A DNA stretch of 64,000 nt from Squalus acanthias (GCA_030390025.1 CM059432.1:27344001-27408000), one strand, 5' to 3'. Positions 37,151 through 51,365 are shown, counted from the first letter of the stretch. The notes: generated from the letters alone by a model not told the origin. Numbers and translations are program-made.

Positions 37151-38780
37151 ATGGAACTTTGATACAGGCAATAATGGAACTTTGATGGGGGCAATGAGGG
37201 ACCTTTGATACATGCAATATTGGAACTTTGATGGGGCAATGATAGACCTTTGATGGGGCAATGGTGGAACTTTGAAGGAGGCGAAAAGTGATGGAACCTT
37301 GATCTATTGAGCAGGTCACTGTGGATGTGGGAGGTGAAGCTATTTCAGATATTGCCTCTACTTGGATGGGTAAGAGTAGAGAAATGAGAGGTCAGGACCC
37401 AGGGAGGAGAAGTGCTGAAGGAGAATGGAGTGATCGACCACATTAAAGAGCACAAAGATAGATAATAAATCCTTGCTATCAAAAGGATGTTGTTAGTAAT
37501 ACTAAATAAAATAAATCCTTCCTGTATCTTTCAGTTGTGCCTGCTTTAAGCCATTTGCACAGAGGGCAGTAACCTTTCTGAATCATTTCAGCTGTATTAT
37601 CATTGAACTATTTGAAGTGGATTAAAGGGAAATTCTATATTGCAGTAATTATAGAATACAGACAAGGAATGTTTTAAATCCAACCATAATCCCACATCCT
37701 GAAAATGGCACACAAATTGTTTCCATAAATGGTTTGTAGCAGCCCACCAGATAATAATCTATTTCTCTCCGTGCAATGATATTCAAACACAGAGGACAAA
37801 TCTGGTATTTATAAAATTATCGTATTGCCTCGTGTATTGACTGCAGCCCCGATTTCACATTCTTCAATGTGAAAATCTTAGAAGTAAACTCGGCAAGTGG
37901 TTCAGATGGTAACTGCAGTCCACAGTGCAGAACTGAGCCATACAGACCGGGAAGGTTCCAGGTTTGATCCTCGCTCTGTGCCATGTTTGCTTGTCTCTCC
38001 CAGGGCTTTCAGTGCACCTGGATTAGGAAGGGTTAAAGATTCACATATCTCTTTATCCCCTTTTTTGTTATTCACCTATCCAATCTAATCTTGAATGTTG
38101 ATGTACTTTCTGCCGTAAACAGTAACCCTGGAAGTAAATTCCACTGCCTCAAACCTCATATGTAAAGTTTCTCCTGTCCTCTGTTCTACATAGACTCATA
38201 GGATGATACAGCACAGAAGGAAGCTATTCGGCCTCGTACCTGTGACGGCTCTTTTGTAGAGCTATCCAATTAGTTCCACTCCCCTGCTCTTTCAACATAG
38301 CTCTGCAAATTTTTCCACTTCAAGTATTTATCCAATTCCTTTTTGAAGGTTATTATTGAATCTTCTTCCACCGCCCTTTCAGTCCGTGCATTCCATATTG
38401 TAGCAACTCGTGTAAAGAATATATCGTGTCGCCTCTGGTTCTTTTGCCAATCACCTTAAATTTGTGTCCCCTGGTTACCGACCCTTCTGTCACTGAAAGT
38501 TTCTCCTTGTTTACTCTCATCAAAATCATTCATAATTTTGAACACCTCTATCAAATCTCCTCTTAACCTTCTCTGCTCTAAGGAGAACAAACCCAGCTTC
38601 TGCAGTCTCTCCACATAACTGAAGTCCCTCATCCCTGGTAGCATTCCAGTAAATCTCTTCTGCACCCTCTCCAAGGTCTTGATATCCTTGTTAAAGTGTA
38701 GTGCCCAGAATTGAACACAATTTTCCAGCTGTGGCCTAACTAGTGTTTATAAAGGTTTTGTACTCTATTCCTCTATTAAT

Positions 38781-41160
38781 AAAACCAGAAATGCTAGGGA
38801 ACCAAGGGTCTAGTGAGAAGGAGGAATTAAAGGAAATTAGTATTAGTAAAAAAATAGTGCTGGAGAAATTAATGGGACTGAAAGCCGATAAATACCCAGG
38901 GCCTGATAATCTGCATCCCAGAGTACTAAAAGAGGTAGCCATGGAAATAGTGGATGCATTGGTTGTCATCTTCCAAAATTCTATAGATTATGGAACAGTT
39001 CCTGCAGATTGGAGGGTGGTAAATGTAACCCCACTATTTAAAAAAGGAAGGAGGGAGAAAACAGGGAACTAACATCAGTAATAGGGAAAATGCTAGAGTC
39101 TATTATAAAGGATGTGATAACAGGACACTTAGAAAATATCAACAGGATTAGACAAAGTCAACATGGATTTATGAAAGGGAAATTGTGTTTGACAAACCTA
39201 CTGGAGTTTTTTGAGGATGTAACTGGTAGAATAGATAAGGGAGAACCAGTGGATGTGGTGTATTTGGATTTTCAGAATGCCTTTGATAAAGTCCCACATA
39301 AGAGGTTAGTGTGCAAAATTAAAGCACATGAGATCGGGGTTAAATACTGGCATGGATTGAAAATTGGTTAGCAGACAGGAAACAGAGAGTAGGAATAAAG
39401 GGGTCTTTTTCGGGGTGGCAGGCGGTGACTCGTGGGGTACTGCAGGAATCAGTGCTTGGGCCCCAGCTATTCACAATGGCCCAGAAATTGATCTCGCTCT
39501 GTTCCCGCGGGGGTAAGGCTTCCCCGCGATCTCTCACTCCGCGTGTGCTTTTTCAGATCCAGCTCGCACGAACTTGATGTTCCAGACATCAGCTGGGCAG
39601 TGCTTGCGTATCCCACCGGCGTAGTGAATTCGTGCGAGCTGTGGGATCACGTGACTCAGTTAGAGCCAATGGCAGCACACCATCTTCCATTCATAAGTTT
39701 CACATACGTGCTGTGAAATCTATGAATCTTACACCCCCCCAAAATAACAGCTAAACCTCAATTAAATTTTTTAAAAAACCATCACATTAATAAAATAAGT
39801 ATAGTTAAATAAATTAACCATTTTAAATAAAAAATTAAATTTTTGAAAAAATTTAAAATCTTTTAAAAAGTTATAAAAATAAACTTACCTGTCTTTAAAG
39901 TCTCTAAAAAAGATATACCTGTTAAAAAAAATTCAAAAAAATACTTAATTCACTACTTACCTTGTTAAAAGTGGGTCTTACTCCTCCTTTTTCCATTTCT
40001 AAAATCTTCCGTCCTTACCTGCGCGTCCAAAGCACGAAGTGCACAGCGTGCGCGCAGCCTGTAGCGCGCACGCGATGCACCGAGGAACCGCCCCCTTTTC
40101 AAAAGACCAAGTGCCGGTTTTCAGCGCATGCGCAGGGCATGCAGAAAACCGGCAATTGGAGAGAGAATACGCGAGAGTACGCACTGCATACTCTCGCGCA
40201 GTGGGATGAATTTTTGGCCCATTATATATCAATGATTTGGATGAGGGAACCAAATGTAATATTTCCAAGTTTGCTGACGACACAAAACTAGGTGGGATTG
40301 TGAGTTGTGAGGAGGATGCAAAGAGGCTTCAAGGCGATTTAGACAAGTTGAGTGAGTGGGCAAATACATGGCAGATGCAGTATAACATGGATAAATGTGA
40401 AGTTATCCACTTCGGTAGGAAAAACAGAAAGGCAGAGTATTATTTAAATGGTGATAGATTGGGAAATGTTGACGTACAGAGGGACCTGGGTGTCCTTTAA
40501 CACCAGTCACTGAAAGCAAACATGCAGGTGCAGCAAGCAGTTAGGAAGGCACATGGTATGTTGGCCTTCCTTGTAAGAGGATTTGAGTACAGGAGACCAC
40601 AGCTGGAGTACTGTGTGCAGTTTTGGTCTCCTTACCTAAGAAAGGATATACTTGCCATAGAGGGAGTGCAGCGAAGGTTCACCAGACTGATTCCTGGGAT
40701 GGCAGGACTGTCGTATGAGGAGAGATTGGGTCGACTAGGCCTGTATTCACTAGAGTTTAGAAGAATGAGAGGGGATCTCATTGAAACATATAAAATTCTG
40801 ACAGGGCTAGACAGACTGGATGCAGGGAGGATGTTTCCCCTGGCTGAGGGGTCTAGAACGAGGGGTCACAGTCTCAGGATACAGGGTAGGACATTTAGAA
40901 CTGAGATGAGGAGAAATTTCTTCACTCAGAGGGTGGTGAACCTGTGGAATTCTCTACCACAGAAGGCTATGGAGGCAAGTCACTGAATATATTTAAGAAG
41001 GAGATAGTTAGATTTCTAGACACAAAAGGCATCAAGGGGTATGAGAGAGAGCGGGAATATGGTATTGAGATAGAGGATCAGCCATGATCATATTGAATGG
41101 CGGAGCAGGCTCGAAGGGCCGAATGGCCTACTCCTGCTCCTATTTTTCTATGTTTCTATT
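38781..41160 (+). mobile_element. 5'-truncated CR1 interrupted by a MITE
   Basis: PGPDNLHPRVLKE, QSQHGF, KFADD, FFTQRVVNLWNSLP; tail tttctatg. Confidence 0.9.
39478..40220. mobile_element. Harbinger-type MITE
   Basis: Ends ggcccagaaatt / aatttttggccc; 3-bp flanks aat/att; splits the CR1 codons LFTIYIND. Confidence 0.8.
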
Positions 41161-42196
41161 AACTTGCCCTGTCACCTTCAAAGAATTGTTTACATAAATC
41201 CCGAGTTCTCTCTGTTCCTGCGCCACCTTTAAAATTGTACCATTTAGTTCATATTGCCTCTCTTCATCTTCCTACAAAAGTGTATCACTTCGCACTTCTC
41301 TGCTTAACTTTCATCTGCCATGTCTGCCCTTTTCACCAGTCTGTCTATGTCGTCCTGAAGTCTGTTACTATCCTCCTCATTGTTTACTACATTTCCGAGT
41401 TTCATAACATCTGCAAACTTTGAAATTATGCCCTGTATACCCAAGTCCAGGTCATTAATATATATCAAAAAGAGCAGTGGTCCTAATACCAACCCCTGGG
41501 GAACACCACTGTATACTTCCCTCCAGTCTAAAAAACAACCATTCACCACTACTCTCTTGCTTTCTGTCCCTTAGCCAATCTTGCATCCTTGGTGCCACTG
41601 TCACTTTAATGCCAGGTGCTTTAATTTTGCTAACAAGTCTATTATGTGTTACTTTGTCAAACGCCTTTTGAAAGTCCATGTACACAAGATTAACCGCACT
41701 ACCCTCATCAACCCTCTCTGTTACTTCATCAAAGAACTTAATCAAGTTAGTCAAACACAATTTGCCTTTAACATCCATGCTGACTTTCATTTATTAGCCC
41801 ATACTTTTCCAAATGACAATTAATTTTATCCTGGATTATTGTCTCTAAAAGTTCCCCACCACTGACGTTAGGCTGACTGGCCAGTAGTTGCTGGGTTTAT
41901 TCCTCTCCCCTTTTTTAAACAGGGGTGTAAGATTGTCACTCCTCCAGTCCTCTGGCACCACCCCCAAATCTAAGGAGGATTGGAAAATTGTGTAAGAGCC
42001 TCCGCAATTTCCACCCTTAGTCTCTCAGTAACCTAGGATGCACTCCATCCGGACCGGGTGACTTTTCTACCTTGAGGACTGCCAACCTTTTAAGTACCTA
42101 TTCTGTATCTGTTTTTATCCTATCCTATATTGCTACAGCCTCCTCCTTTACTGCTATATTGGCAGCATCCTCTTCTCTAGTGAAGACAGACGCAAA

Positions 42197-42855
42197 GGGC
42201 TGGATTTTCATTGACCCGTGGAGATGGATTTGGAGGCGTGTGGGGGGTTAAAATTGCGAAAACTGGCGGGCGGGCACAAGCCCACCTCCATCCCGCCTCC
42301 ACGCAATTTTAATTAAATTGTGTCTGCTGGTCCCGACTCCATCCTGCCTCTAAGAGGCGGGATAGGCTGTTAAGGCCCTTAACAAGCACTAAATTGCCTC
42401 TATAATGCCATTTTGAAAGGCCTTTGTGATTTTAACCCTTTTTCTACGTGAAGCACGCCTGTTCTGAACCACGAATGTGAAACCTGGTGGGAGCGGCGGT
42501 GGTGGTCATTTTGCATCCAGGTCCTCTCACAGCAAAGGCCAGGCAGTCTCAGAAGACCTTCAATGCAGGTCCTCTCACAGCAAAGGCCAGGCAGTCTCAG
42601 AAGACCTTCAATGCAGGTCCTCTCACAGCAAAGGCCAAGCAGTCTCTGACCTTCAATGCAGCAGCAATGATGACATCATCAAAGGTGACTTTCAGACTGA
42701 AATCACAAATTGGGTCATGGGTTCCCACATGCTGGAACTCAATTGCCCAATTAGGTGAAAATTGCATCAATCTCCCACATCCAATTGCAGTTGGGTGGAT
42801 AACACGAAAAGTGGATGACACGACCCCAACCCGCCCCAGTATCAAAATCCAGCCC
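42197..42855. mobile_element. Harbinger-type MITE (TIR GGGCTGGATTTT)
   Basis: Perfect 12-bp TIR, TSD AAA; internal triplication of about 48 bp at 42518-42660. Confidence 0.9.
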
Positions 42856-43682
42856 AAAGTACTCAGTTAGTACCTCAGCCACGCCCTCTGCCTCCACATG
42901 AATATCTCCTTTTCGGTCCCTAATTGGCCCCACCCTCCTTTTGACTATCCTTTTACTAGTTATGTGCTTATAAAAGACTTTTGGATTCCCTTTTATATTA
43001 GCCGCTATTCTATTCTCGTACTGTCTCTTTGCCCCTCTTTTTCCCTTTTTTAGATCTCCTCTGTACTTTTTACATTCAGCTTGGTTCTCTACTGTATTAT
43101 GAACCTTACGGTTGTCATAAGCCTCTTTTTCTGTTTCATTTTAACCTCTATAAGTCATCCAAGGAGCTCTAGCTTTGGATGCCTTTCCTTTCCCCCTCAT
43201 GGGAATGTGTCTATTCTGTACCCGAACCATCTCCTCTTTGAAGGCCTCCCATTGTTCAATTACTGTTTTGCCTACCAATTTTGATTCCAGTCCACCTGGG
43301 CCAGATCCCTTTTCAACTCATTGAAGTTAGCCCTGCTCCAATTAAGTATTTTTATGTTTGATTGTACCTTGTCTCCCACTGAAACATGCTCCATTTGCCC
43401 CACTTCATTCCCCAGAACTAGATCCAGCACTGCTTCCTTCTTCGTTGGGCTAGAAACATACTGATCAAGAAAGTTCTCTTGTACACATTTCAGGAATTCA
43501 TCCCCTCTTTGCCCTTTACACTGTTACTATCCCATTCTATATTAGGATAATTGAAGTCTCCCATTATGACTACTTTGTAATTCTTGCATTTTTCTAGTTT
43601 TTTGCCTGCAACTTTGACCCTCTATCTCCTTCCCACTATTTGGTGGCCTATAGGATACAGCCAACAGCATAATAAAGAAAAA

Positions 43683-44142
43683 CAAAAGAAAGACTTGCAT
43701 TTATATAGCGCCTTTCATGACCTCAGGACATCCCAAAGCACTTTACAGCCAATGAAGTACTTTTGAAGTGTAGTCACTGTTGTAATGTAGGAAAAGCAGC
43801 AGCCAATTTGCACACAGCAAGCTCCCACAAGCAGCAATGTGATAATGACCAGATAATCTGTTTTTAGTGATGTTGATTGAGGGATGAATATTGGCCAGGA
43901 CACCAGGAGTAACTTTCCTGCTCTTCTTCAAAATGGAATCTTTTACATCTACCTGAGAGGGCAGACAGGGCCTCGGTTTAACGTCTCATCCGAAGGACTG
44001 CACCTCCAACAGTGCAGCATTCCCTCAGCACTGCACTGAAGTGTCAGCCTAGATTTTTGTGTCAAGTCTCTGGAGTGGGACTTGAACCCATAACTTTCTG
44101 ACTCAAAGGCAAGTGTGTTACCAACTGAGCCATGGCTGACAC
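43683..44142 (-). mobile_element. Deu-domain tRNA SINE, full length
   Basis: Colinear reverse complement of 59664-60115. Confidence 0.88.
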
Positions 44143-44496
44143 TAATAGCTCCTCTATTGTTCCTTAATTGTAACCAAATAGAGTCTGACCATGTTGACTC
44201 TGCCTAATCATGTTATGATTTTCTAAGTGCCCTGATACCACTACCTTAACAATGGATTCCAGCATTTTTCCGACCACTGATGTCAGGCTAACTGGCCTGT
44301 ACAGTTCCCTGTTTTTTCTCTCCCTCCTTTCTTGAATAGCGGTGTTACATTTGCGACCTTCCAATCCGCTGGAACCATTCTAAAATCTAGGGAATTTTGG
44401 AAGATCAAAACCAATGCATCCACTATCTCTTCAGCCACCTCTTTTAGAACCCTAGGATGTAGGCCGTCGGGTCCTGGGGATTTGTCGGCTTTTAGT

Positions 44497-45109
44497 CTTC
44501 CTCTGCCCTCTGTGAGCGGATGTTTTAAATCTGAAATAAAAGCATAAAATCCTGGAAATACTCAGCAGGTCAGGTAGCATCTCGACCTGAGACGTGAACT
44601 CTGTTTCTCTCTCGACGGATGTTGCCTGACCTGCTGAGTATTTGCAGCATTTTCTGGCTTCTCAGAGGCCTTCCTTTACCATCCGAGGGCTTGCAAGTGT
44701 CCAGCAGCGCTCCCTGCACACTTAAAAAACTTTTAATATCTATTGCAGCAAGCCACTACTTCAGTAAAATTTTAAAAATCCAGTCCAAAAGCTTAAATGC
44801 AAACTTACCTGAAAGATGTGTGTGTCCCTTTAAGAGGTGATAACAGCACCTCTGTGAGCCTGCTGAATGCTGGGATTTCATAGCGAGCTTAGGCCCCAGC
44901 GCTGAACTCAGCGCTGCAGTCCATTTTCGCCGAGGTGACATTAAGTCGGCGTGCACTGACTAACGTCACCCTCTCCCTAATTTAAATTTCCATGACCATC
45001 GCTTTTACCGGCAGCGCTGCCAGCCCTTGGAAAATGGTGGACGCCGCGGAACCCGCCACCAGCTGGTGAAAGAGCGGCGCCCACCGTTTCTTCACGAAAT
45101 TTTGCCTCC
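44497..45109. mobile_element. Right-end fragment of the same Harbinger family as 9684-16075, with embedded PLE fold-back
   Basis: Direct sequence similarity to 11095-11423 plus 15775-16030. Confidence 0.8.
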
Positions 45110-46125
45110 ATGTCTGACCCCACCCACCTATTTCTGAACTATTCTTTTCTCTAGTGCTATTTGCCTCTCCCTCTATGCACCTTGTTTCTCCTCTCTAATG
45201 TTCATCTTGGTACCCGTCCCCCTGTCAAATTAGTTTAAACCCTCCCCCAAAGTACTAGTTAATCTTCCCGTGAGGACATTGGTCCCAGCTCTGTTGTGGT
45301 GCAACCTGTCCACCTGCCCCAGAGCTGGTCCCAATGCCCCGGGAATCTGAAGCCCTCCCTCCTGCACCATTTCTCCAGCCACGCATTAACCTGTTTTATC
45401 CTACTATTCCTCTGCTAACTAGCGCGTGGCACTGAGAGTACTCTAACGATTACCATCTTTGAGGTCCTGCTTTTTAACTTCCTCCCTAGCTCCTGATACT
45501 CTGACTGCAGGACCTCAACCCTTCCTTCCTATGTCATTGATTTCCACATGGACCATGACTTCTGGCTGTTCCCCTTCTCCCTTCAAAATGTTCTGCACTC
45601 TCTCGTTCAGTTCTGTCCTTTACCCTGGCACAAGGGAGGCAATGCGGACTAATGTCGGCGGTTGCAGAAACACCTGCCTGTCCCGCCTGACTATTGAATC
45701 CCCTATGACCACTGCATTTCTACACTTTGCTGTGTCCTCCTGTGCAGTCATTTGCCCCACAGTCCCATGTGCGCTAGACTGCACTCCCCCAAGGTGTCGT
45801 CACCCTCACTGGCATTCAGCACTGAAAACCGGCTTGAGAGTACCACATTCCTGGAGAATTCCTGCACTGCCTGCCTCCTGAAACCCTGCCGGATGGCCAG
45901 CCACTTACTATTCTCCTGAACTTCCTGTTGCTGCGAGGGTGACCGCCTCCATGGAATGGGTGCTCCAGGAGATTCCCAGCCTGCCGTATGCCCTGCAGTG
46001 ACTCCAGCCGCTCCTCAAGCTCAGAAACCCTGAACTCGAGTTTGAGCAACTGGAGGCGTGAAGCGTCCTGGAGTTCCCACATGGCACAGGAATTGCAGGC
46101 AATGGGTCTCAGCTGTCCATTTTGC
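45110..46125 (-). mobile_element. CR1 ORF1 region, decayed
   Basis: MWELQDAS...LEFRVSELEERL coiled coil; VIGDSIVR; HVEIND. Confidence 0.8.
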
Positions 46126-46199
46126 TTAAAAGTCTATCTACTTACTATATATATAATATCTCTTATGTTATCTATATGTCTTTAGCTTACACCTATTTA

Positions 46200-46862
46200 T
46201 TTATTTATTATTCGCCTATGGGATCTGGGCGTCGCTGGCAAGGCCAGCATTTATTGCCCATCCCTAATTGCCCTTCAGAAAGTGGTGGTGAGCCGCCTTC
46301 TTGAACCGCTGCAGTCTGTGTGGTGAAGGTACTCCCACAGTGCTGTTAGGGAGGGAGTTCCAGGATTTTGACCCAGTGACGATGGTGTGTGACTTGGAGG
46401 TGGTGGTGTTCCCATGCGCCTGCTGTCCTTGTCCTTCTAGGTGGAAGAGGTCGCGGGTTTGGGAGGTGCTGCCGAAGAAGCCTTGGTGAGTTGCTGCAGT
46501 GCATCTTGTAGATGGTACACACTGCAGCCACGGTACGCCGGTGGTGGAGGGAGTGAATGTTTAAGGTGGTGGATGGCATGCCAATCAAATGGGCTGCTTT
46601 GTCCTGGATGGTGTCGAGCTTCTTGAGTGGTCTTGGAGCTGCACTCATCCAGGCAAGTGGAGAGTATTCCATCACACTCCTTACTTATGCCTTGTAGATG
46701 GTGGAAAGGCTTTGGGGAGTCAGGAGGTGAGACACTCGCCGCAGAATACCCAGCCTCTGACCTGCTCTTGTTGCCACAATATTCATGTGGCTGGTCCAGT
46801 TAGGTTTCTGGTCAATGGTAACCCCCAGGATGTTGATGGTGGGGGATTCGGCGATGGTAATG
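46200..46862 (-). mobile_element. 3' fragment of LINE family B
   Basis: Near-identical to 3300-3993 (EYSPLAW...SLHHRR). Confidence 0.9.
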
Positions 46863-48637
46863 ATTATGTATACCAGATTTTTATTTCATGCAATTTGGAT
46901 CCCTTTAATGTTGGTATCCTCTACTTAGTTAATTTTAATTTTATCCCTCTAGATCTAATTCATTACTCTGATTATTTATATATTTACTGTTGGTTTAAAG
47001 GACTTCACCCTCTGCACTGAATTCCCACTCTCTCCAAATTCCTGTTGCCACTCTTTTAGCAGATACTCACAGCTCTGTGCACATACAGCTCTTTTACTTG
47101 TATCTATGGGCACCCATTCTAGTGGAAACAGTCTGCTTCTATCTACCCAATCCTATCCTTATATAATTTAAAACACCTTTATCATAACGTCCCGTTATCT
47201 GCAGTGTTCTAATGAAAAAAGACCCAATTTTTCTAGTCCTATTTCATATTTGTATTTCTTCATACCAGTCAGCATTCAAGTAAATCTGCGTTGTAGCCTC
47301 TCTAAGCCTCAAATTCCTTCCTATAGTGTGGAACCTATTACTGCACACAGTACTCCGACTGAGGTCTTATTAAGGATTTATATAGGCTCATCATTACCTC
47401 TTGGCTTTTATATTCTGCATCTCTTGTGATAAAACCTAGAATTCCATTTTAGCTTTTTTTTTTACAGCCTTATCAACCTTTAATGTCCTATAAACCAAAT
47501 CCCTCTGCTCTTCCATAGCAACAAGGCTTCGTCCATTCGTAGCATAATTACTGCTGGTTTTTCTTTGCCAAAATGAGATGTCACACTTTTATTGAGTACC
47601 ATCTGCAACATTTTAGACTATTCTCCCACTTATCAATATTCCTTTGCAGCGTCCTTTGGTCTTCTAAAGAATTAGCTATACCTCTTAATTTGGTATCATC
47701 TGCAAATATTGACACCACTCCCTCTAGGCCTATATCTGAAAAGGAATACTAACCCTTAATATACTTATGTTTGGTATCGCACTTGCTAAAAGTTACTTAA
47801 TTATTTTTTGCTTTAAACTTTCTATTTAATTGTAAATAAATATATTTATATATATATATAAATACATTTATTTAGTCTGTAAAAGTAATATCTGCCTATT
47901 CAAAGAGATTATGTAGTGTAGCACAAGACTATGTTTAATCTTGTAAGCAGATCATTGCAATAAGTATTATTAATCCTCAGGCAAAATATGCTGGAAATCT
48001 GAAATATAAACAGAAAATGCTGGAAATGCATGTCTGGCAGCATCTGTGGAGAGAGAAACAAGAGTTATTGGGCCGTAATTTGTGGCCCCTACGGGTGTGT
48101 ATGAGGTGTGTACACGCCTGTAAGGGTTTAGACATGTGCTGCACATGCATTAAAACCAAGAACTTGCGATCTGTCAAGTGTCAGGATTTCAGCGTACTCA
48201 GCCAATTTACCTTTCTCTCCTTGTTTTGCAATGGGCTCGGACTAGTCTTTTATTTGTCACACAGCAGAGATCAACATGACAACAGTATCTCAAGCAGTAG
48301 TTTACAGTACCAAACAGATTTATATTACTGCCCGGTCACTGGACAGCGTTAGCGTGAGTCGCCTCCCTCTCCTCTCACAGCCAGGAAGGTGTTAAACCGA
48401 AGCCAGCATGTATCCACCTTGCGCAAACTGCGGTCGATTCAGGGTGTTCTCCCCCTCTGCGTCCAACACTTTTTAAAATCCTTTTCCTTGGCCACCTGAC
48501 CTTATTTGACCACTCACTAGTTGCCCTAGGGTCTCCATTTCACCTATTCTTCTTTGCACGTATACCCCCTTATCTTATCTCGATGTCTCTTTCTGTTCTT
48601 TCTCGACCTGTGAATGACATAGACTTCGCAAGACATA

Positions 48638-49382
48638 GGGGGAAAAATTTGGTTGCTTTGCACCTCCCATTAGCGCCCTCGCTAACGGGCGCAAAGCAAC
48701 TAGCGCCCAGGCACGGCGCCGTCAACACCTCCCGCAAAATTCAGCGGGAGGTTAGCGGCGGCGGTAACCGGCAGTGCTCCACAGCGCTGCGCCGCGCTGC
48801 CGGCGATGGCATCATCACCGTGCGCAGCGTCCCGCTCACGCCCCGGCCACGATCTTCGGGACGCTGTGTCCGACGGGGTCAGGGGGGCCTACCTGCGGCC
48901 AGGGAGGCGCTATTTAAAGGCCAGGTGCAGGGCGACCATTTTTGTTGCTGGCCGCCTGCCAGCACCTGCCTCCGCTCCCGTCCCCGGCCTCCTTACCCGC
49001 CCCCCCGCGGAGTGCCGGCTGCGCTCCATGAGCCCAGCACTTCTCTTGAGTGCCGGGCTCTTTTGCCGGCACTCTCGATCCCCGGGGACCCAGCTGGGCC
49101 CTGGGTCGCGCTGCGCAAGGCCCCTCCCCTTTAAGAAGGGGAGGAAGGCCTGCAATACCGTGGCGCGACCGCTGCAGCGTGTGGCGCTGTGGCACGTAGC
49201 GCCGCGATATTCCCTCGCAGCGCCCCAAGAGGGAGGCGGGACGCTTCCAGTAGCGCCCCACTTCCCTCTTGGGACGTTACCACTCAATTTCCGTCGCGGG
49301 GGCGCTAATTTTTCCGGGGCACTAAAAGTAGCGCCCCAACGAAGTTAGCACCCCAAGAGAGGCACTACTCAGTTTTTGGCCC
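48638..49382. mobile_element. GC-rich Harbinger-type MITE
   Basis: gggggaaaaat / agtttttggccc; TSD ATA. Confidence 0.85.
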
Positions 49383-49455
49383 ATAGTCTTTAACCAATAA
49401 CCAAAAATAGCTGTGACTTGCTTTTGCAAAAACTGCTTGCATAGCAACAAACATA

Positions 49456-50210
49456 GGGCTGGATTTTGAATGACCCATGGAGTCGGGTTTGGAGGCGTGT
49501 GGGGGGTTAAATTTGCGGGGTCGTGGTTTCCGACCCTATCCCGACACCATCCCGCCTCCACGCAATTTTGACATAATCAGTCGCGGGGTTCCCGATTCCA
49601 TCCCGCCTCCAAGAGGCGGGAGAGGCCATTGAAGCCCTTAACAAGCTCTAAATTGGCTCTGTAATGCGATTTTGAAACGCTGTAGCTAGTTTAACCCTCT
49701 TCTGATGTGAAGCACGCCTGGTGTGAAACACTCCAGTGAAACCTGGCGGGAGCACAAGTGGATAGCTGACTATCGGCTGCAGGTCCACTATTACAACGGA
49801 GATGTGATGAAGGTGGTAGTGGTACTAGTAGTATTAGGTCTGAACATTGCCTGTGATGCTGCTGGATTGAATGCTTTAAGAGACTGCCTGGGAGGACTTA
49901 CTTGGCAAAAAACTCTCTCTCTCTCTCTCTCTCTCCATTTTTGCATCAATCTAGGCCCACTCACATCATAAGCCAGGCAAGTCCTCTCTCACCAACAGTC
50001 TCTGAGACTAGGCAGTCAGTAATGATGACATCATCAGAGGCGACTTTCAGACTGAAAACACTCATTAGTTCATGGGTTCCCACATGCTCGAACTCAATTG
50101 CCCAATTAAGTGAAAATTGCATCAGGCACCCACATTAATCTGGAGTCGGGGAGGAAACACGAAATGTGGATTACACGACCCCAACCCGACCCCAAGACAA
50201 AATCCAGCCC
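49456..50210. mobile_element. Harbinger-type MITE (TIR GGGCTGGATTTTG)
   Basis: Perfect TIR, TSD ATA; related to 29162 and 42197. Confidence 0.88.
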
Positions 50211-50402
50211 ATAGTTTTTTGCCAAAACAGGCAGTAGAAGCATTAGATCCAACGCTTTTATCTCTGCACAAACCTGATTTAATCTCATGCTCCATTTTAC
50301 AGAAATATAGTTGCACTTTGCACGGTCTTAAAGACCAACTGTCATGTCTTGTAAACAGTAAGAGCGATTTAACAAGAAAAATGAATACTTATAAAAATCA
50401 AT

Positions 50403-50800
50403 GGGGGGCAAAATTGGGTCGCACCCCCTTTGGGGCTTCACAGGAAGCCAGGGACAGCAATGGGGGCAGGTGCTGGCAGGCGGCCAGCAACAAAATTGGC
50501 TGCCCAGCACCTCCCCTTTAATTTGCACCGCACCGGCCGCATGTACGCCCCCCTAACCCTGTCGGACATAGCGTCTGGCGGTAAGTCAGGGGGCGCTACC
50601 GAAGATCGCGGCCGGGGTGCAAGCAGGGGCGCTGCGCACGGAGATGATGTCATCGCCGGAGGTGCAGCGCCGCGGGCGCTAATGGTTACCGCTAACCTCC
50701 CGCTGAATTTCGCGGGAGGCGTTAGCGGCGCCGCGCCCGGGCGCTAGTTGCTTTGCGCCCCGTTAGCCTGGGAGGCGCAAATTAACCAAATTTTTCCGCC
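50403..50800. mobile_element. GC-rich Harbinger-type MITE, deletion derivative
   Basis: ggggggcaaaatt / aatttttccgcc; TSD AAT; homologous to 9100-9616. Confidence 0.82.
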
Positions 50801-50994
50801 AATACATTTTATAATCTCACAAAAGCTTTTCGCTTCTGCGTTAACCATTTACATTCTTACATAAGCATCTTCTTGACAGATCGTACGAATCCCTGGGAAA
50901 AGGGCATCCGCGGGCGGAGAGTTGGGCTGTTTCTGCCAGATAATGCCTGTGAAATTCTTACGCCTGGTAGAAACAGGCTTAAGGCCTGCTTTTA

Positions 50995-51365
50995 GAACAT
51001 AGAAACATAGAAAAATAGGAGCAGGAGTAGGCCAGTCGGCCCTTCGAGCCTGCTCCGCCATTCAATATGATCATGGCTGATCCTCTCTCAATACCATATT
51101 CCCGCTCTCTCCCCATACCCCTTGATGCCTTTTGTGTCTAGAAACCTATCTATCTCTTCTTAAATATATTCAGTGACCTGGCCTCCACAGCCTTCTGTAG
51201 TAGAGAATTCCACAGGTTCACCACCGTCTGAGTGAAGAAATTTCTCCTCATCTCAGTCCTAAATGTCCTACCCCGTATCCTGAGACTGTGACCCCTCGTT
51301 CTAGACCCTCCAGCCAGGGAAACAGCCCCTCTGCATCCAGTCTGTCTAGTCCTGTCAGAATTTTA
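50995..51365 (-). mobile_element. CR1 3' fragment
   Basis: catagaaa tail; similar to 11424-11795. Confidence 0.85.

Larger units (their letters stand above)
38190..43665 (-). mobile_element. Decayed CR1 copy interrupted by a + strand CR1 (38781-41160) and a MITE (42197-42855)
   Basis: 3' end near 38190; RT motifs resume at 41161-41800; APE region to about 43665. Confidence 0.8.
48179..50861 (-). mobile_element. Solo LTR (about 780 bp net) carrying three MITEs
   Basis: TGTCA...TCTTACA termini, flanks caag/taag. Splits the host palindrome gatctgtcaag...cttgacagatc. Same tcttaca end as the LTR at 20210-20919. Confidence 0.65.

Noticed and set aside
37895..38030. Degenerate SINE-like heads (also about 27800-27870 and 58600-58850)
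   Set aside because: Too diverged to assign a family or boundaries by eye.
48583..49348. GC-rich ORFs and CpG-island-like patches (also 9081-9433, 50430-50747, 55896-56217)
   Set aside because: All lie inside TIR/TSD-bounded MITE copies; they are not host promoters or genes.
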